DNA from: Octopus bimaculoides
Taxonomy: Eukaryota
Assembly: GCF_001194135.2 (NCBI RefSeq)
Contig: NC_068991.1
Location: 79,723,986-79,776,203, forward strand
DNA: 52,218 nt
Reading direction: 5' to 3'
Shown here: one piece after another, positions 48,141 to 52,218 of the stretch
How positions within the stretch are numbered: position 1 is the first letter of the stretch
How the letters are laid out: each line of letters begins with the position of its first letter
The notes under the pieces: generated by a model
What the model saw: only the letters and a program-made list of their open reading frames with translations
Told to the model about the DNA's origin: nothing
The model's database searches: none
Made by a program: the position numbers and the translations under genes

Positions 48141-49036
48141 TGCTTTCTTGCTTTCTGGTGTTTATCGGTTTTCAGTTTGCAATAGATTCATCACTGCAAG
48201 TTTTTTTATTTAATTTTATCTGTCATATTTTCAAAAGCACCGCATTCATTATTTTACGTTGGCACTAAATATTCATTCGTAATATTCTTACATGCCCATG
48301 TTATGCTTCCGTTTATTCTGATGGGATGTAGAAGTGTTGTATTACTTTTCGATCCTAGAAACGATCATGTAGTGAATACTTTTTTTTGTCGGACTCTGTA
48401 TATCAAGGACTCCATTATTCAATGTCTACTCTACTATTTAAGGAGATGAGTTGCCAAGATTTCTTGTATATTCAAAGCTACTGTTATTAAAAGGACGAGG
48501 AATCACGAGAGGATTCATCGACAGGCTTCTGAATCCAGATAACAGCTACTAATTTTATCATCTTTGTTCAGACAGAAAGGCAAGTCAAGGCAGCATGAGG
48601 TTTGAACTAAGAAAGAAATAACGCAAGATAATTATTCAGCCATTCAGACCCTTTCTTTCAACAAATGTTCACGAAACAATTAAAATATTATAGGCAAATG
48701 AATTGTATCTAAATTGGTAAAGGAATAGATCTTCTGTGATTAACGATATGGATTTCGCATGAGACAAGCATTCTCTTGTCTTTATTAATATTCATAGATT
48801 TTCTCGAAAGCTGAATGCGGATTAATATTAAACATAATAGGATTTCTTGTTTTGTTATCATAAAATATGTAACTGATTCTCCGTTATCGCTTATTGAATC
48901 AGACGGAATATACTGGAACATTCCAACTAATTCTCTTTCAACCATTGTAACATTAATATTTTCTCGATACACATTACGATTTCTAATCACACACGCACAA
49001 TCACGGATATTGACTGGCCTTCTCGCTTTCTCTCAC

Positions 49037-49069
<33 letters not shown>

Positions 49070-49687
49070 GACACAAATATATCTACTCAATCACACTTAC
49101 ATACACATACATACGTGTGTGTGTATGTGTGTGCGTATATATATATATATATATATATAACGTATATGAATATATATATATATNNNNNNNNNNNNNNNNN
49201 NNNNNNNNNNNNNNNNNNNNNNNNNNNNNNNNNNNNNNNNNNNNNNNNNNNNNNNNNNNNNNNNNNNNNNNNNNNNNNNNNNNNNNNNNNNNNNNNNNNN
49301 NNNNNNNNNNNNNNNNNNNNNNNNNNNNNNNNNNNNNNNNNNNNNNNNNNNNNNNNNNNNNNNNNNNNNNNNNNNNNNNNNNNNNNNNNNNNNNNNNNNN
49401 NNNNNNNNNNNNNNNNNNNNNNNNNNNNNNNNNNNNNNNNNNNNNNNNNNNNNNNNNNNNNNNNNNNNNNNNNNNNNNNNNNNNNNNNNNNNNNNNNNNN
49501 NNNNNNNNNNNNNNNNNNNNNNNNNNNNNNNNNNNNNNNNNNNNNNNNNNNNNNNNNNNNNNNNNNNNNNNNNNNNNNNNNNNNNNNNNNNNNNNNNNNN
49601 NNNNNNNNNNNNNNNNNNNNNNNNNNNNNNNNNNNNNNNNNNNNNNNNNNNNNNNNNNNNNNNNATATATATATATATATATGTATG

Positions 49688-49754
<67 letters not shown>

Positions 49755-51405
49755 ATATATATGAATATATGTACGTAGGTATGTATGTATGTATATGCAT
49801 GTGTGTGTTTGTCTATGTAGTGAATGTGTCGTTGTATAAGTATTAAATATCTTGTAGTATTTATTAGTTGTAGGTGTCAGATATATCATTAAGATTTATT
49901 ATAAGGAATAATAGAGGACTTGATAATGTCATTCCCTTGTTAATATCAGTATTTATTATTCCAAATATTTTCGATCAAAGAACTTAGTTTTAGATTTAAT
50001 AATGCAGATGCTAACTGGTCAGACAAAATATTGCACAACGGCTAAAGAAGTTTTCGTATTCGTTGGACATTACTTAAAATGGTTTTACGATTACATCTGC
50101 ATCAGAATATCTTTGAAGCAATAAAACCGATATTTTTAAAGGCGATCGCAGTCAAAATTTCATATTTTAATATATACAGGATAATTATATTTTTCCTAGT
50201 ACAACGATTTCGCAGACTATAAATCAAAACAGAACTTCGATGTACACATTGAAATGACGTCTGAAATCCGACTGAAACTTAATACTATAGGTAGGTAGTA
50301 TTATTATATCAAGCTCTGAAGAATTATATCTGAGATAATTATGTTATTTCTCGCTATGTCCGTGAATATATTTGAGGATTGTCTCTTACGTTAAATTGTA
50401 AATACATAATATAAATGAATTGAATGTCAACTCTCATGAGTTAAGGTGCACAATGACATGATCTCTTCTCAGAGAAGCAGAAATAAATTCATATTTAAAG
50501 AATATTTAAATTAGTAAATATATATATATACATATATANNNNNNNNNNNNNNNNNNNNNNNNNNNNNNNNNNNNNNNNNNNNNNNNNNNNNNNNNNNNNN
50601 NNNNNNNNNNNNNNNNNNNNNNNNNNNNNNNNNNNNNNNNNNNNNNNNNNNNNNNNNNNNNNNNNNNNNNNNNNNNNNNNNNNNNNNNNNNNNNNNNNNN
50701 NNNNNNNNNNNNNNNNNNNNNNNNNNNNNNNNNNNNNNNNNNNNNNNNNNNNNNNNNNNNNNNNNNNNNNNNNNNNNNNNNNNNNNNNNNNNNNNNNNNN
50801 NNNNNNNNNNNNNNNNNNNNNNNNNNNNNNNNNNNNNNNNNNNNNNNNNNNNNNNNNNNNNNNNNNNNNNNNNCAATGCCTAATTTCTCTCAGACGGAAA
50901 GTGATATCAAGACAGATAATAGACGGCGTAAACAAATTCATTCACGAAACAATAATACAAATAAAAATATGTAGAATCGGAAAATGACAATCACTTGGTC
51001 AGATAAGTGGAAAGCTGCAAATATATAATCAATGGAAATATCAAGGGAATTGTAAAGGAATGTTATGAAAAAAAAGACCATACAAGTTTGAAAAATAAAC
51101 AAAAAAATATTCAGAGAGAAGGCACTTAATATGACGACTGCGTTTCATGGGTATAGTTCCACTGATCGTGAAAATCAAATATCGATTGCAACGGTTAGAA
51201 CCGACAATTGTAAGTTCAGATGTTAGAAAATACATGTTGCAACGTTTAGAATCGATAATTTTAAGTGGGGGTCTTAAGAAGATATATGTTATAGCAACCT
51301 GAGAATGCTGAAATAATTTATGAAACTTTTAACCCCACAACAAGGACGGGTAGCCTATTCTTGGGGTGCGTAGTGGGGTAATCTATAGTTACCTTAATAC
51401 TTTAG

Positions 51406-51458
51406 TGGATGCTCTCCATTACGTTCTTCTCAGTTTCTAAATTAATGGAGAGCATCCA
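51406..51458. other. Perfect 16-bp inverted repeat with 21-nt loop
   Basis: TGGATGCTCTCCATTA (51406-51421) and TAATGGAGAGCATCCA (51443-51458). Confidence 0.92.
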
Positions 51459-51559
51459 ACAAATAGCTGTATATATGTATATGTGTATGCACATGTATGT
51501 AAGCATATGGATATGAAAGTAAACAGACGGATGGGTGCATAGGTCATATGATCAGACAA

Positions 51560-51960
51560 GCACGCTCACACATACACAAATGAAGACTAAAACACATGAT
51601 CATATATACACACACACTTTACTTCACACATGGACACATATAGAGACGCAAGTCCACACATATGGAGACACGCATACAAACAGTACATTGTTGCAAAATA
51701 CCCATGCACACACACATACTCAGACATGCACCCACAAGGAGACAGAGGCACACACATACACACATGCAAACACACATGCAAACACATACGCTCACATAGT
51801 AGACACACAAACATGGATACGAAAACATATGAATATGCAGAATACATACATACAAATCTACACACATACATTCATACATATGCATACACATACATGCATA
51901 CCCACAGACTGCATACATACATACTTGTGTATGTACACACTGACCCTCACATATGCGCAC
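51560..51960. repeat. Degenerate CA-rich (CA/CATA-derived) tract
   Basis: Alternating C/A-rich sequence producing H/T-rich spurious ORFs. Confidence 0.85.
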
Positions 51961-52129
51961 AAGCAAAAAAAAAAAAGAACGCAACGAAAGATGCAACGAA
52001 AATTTTAGAAAAATAACGAAGGAAATGAGTAGAAATGTTATCGGTGAGTGTGTCAGATTATAAGGCACTAAAAGAAAATGACTCTCCGCAGACACAACAG
52101 TATATGTATATATATATATACTAATATAT

Positions 52130-52195
52130 ACTAATATATACTTTTGTTATTTACACCACCTGTCCTCGTCTGTTGTTATTTTTTGTATATTCTCC
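52130..52195 (+). mobile_element. 3'-terminal fragment of the same PLE family as 16021-16104
   Basis: ACTAATA...TTGTTATTTACACCACCTGTCCTCGTCTGTTGTT...TTTGTATATTCTC aligns with 16032-16104. Followed by (TA)n. Confidence 0.55.
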
Positions 52196-52218
52196 TATAT
52201 ATATATATATATATATAT

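Overview
Eukaryotic, AT-rich, repeat-saturated genomic DNA from a short-read draft assembly. It has about 19 N-gaps, nearly all abutting microsatellites. The SINE families and very high microsatellite load suggest an octopus or other coleoid cephalopod (inference, not a database result). No host protein-coding gene, rRNA, tRNA or CRISPR array can be supported, and almost all ORFs in the track are microsatellite or gap artefacts. The interpretable content is mobile DNA: a truncated mariner transposase, a mariner-like MITE, five restriction-like-endonuclease (R4/Dong-type) LINE remnants, several Penelope-like element (PLE) remnants including one large RT plus GIY-YIG copy, RTE and Ingi/Vingi-like RT fragments, a Helitron-like 3' end and at least three tRNA-derived SINE families. 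The most interesting signals are four. (1) Retroelement lineages appear partitioned among microsatellite types (TAA, TACA, TA). (2) An inverted pair of PLE-type terminal repeats carries a minimal hammerhead-ribozyme-like motif. (3) A tail-to-tail inverted SINE pair could form dsRNA. (4) An isolated hairpin has pre-miRNA dimensions. All translations, alignments and folds were done by eye, so element boundaries are approximate unless stated otherwise.
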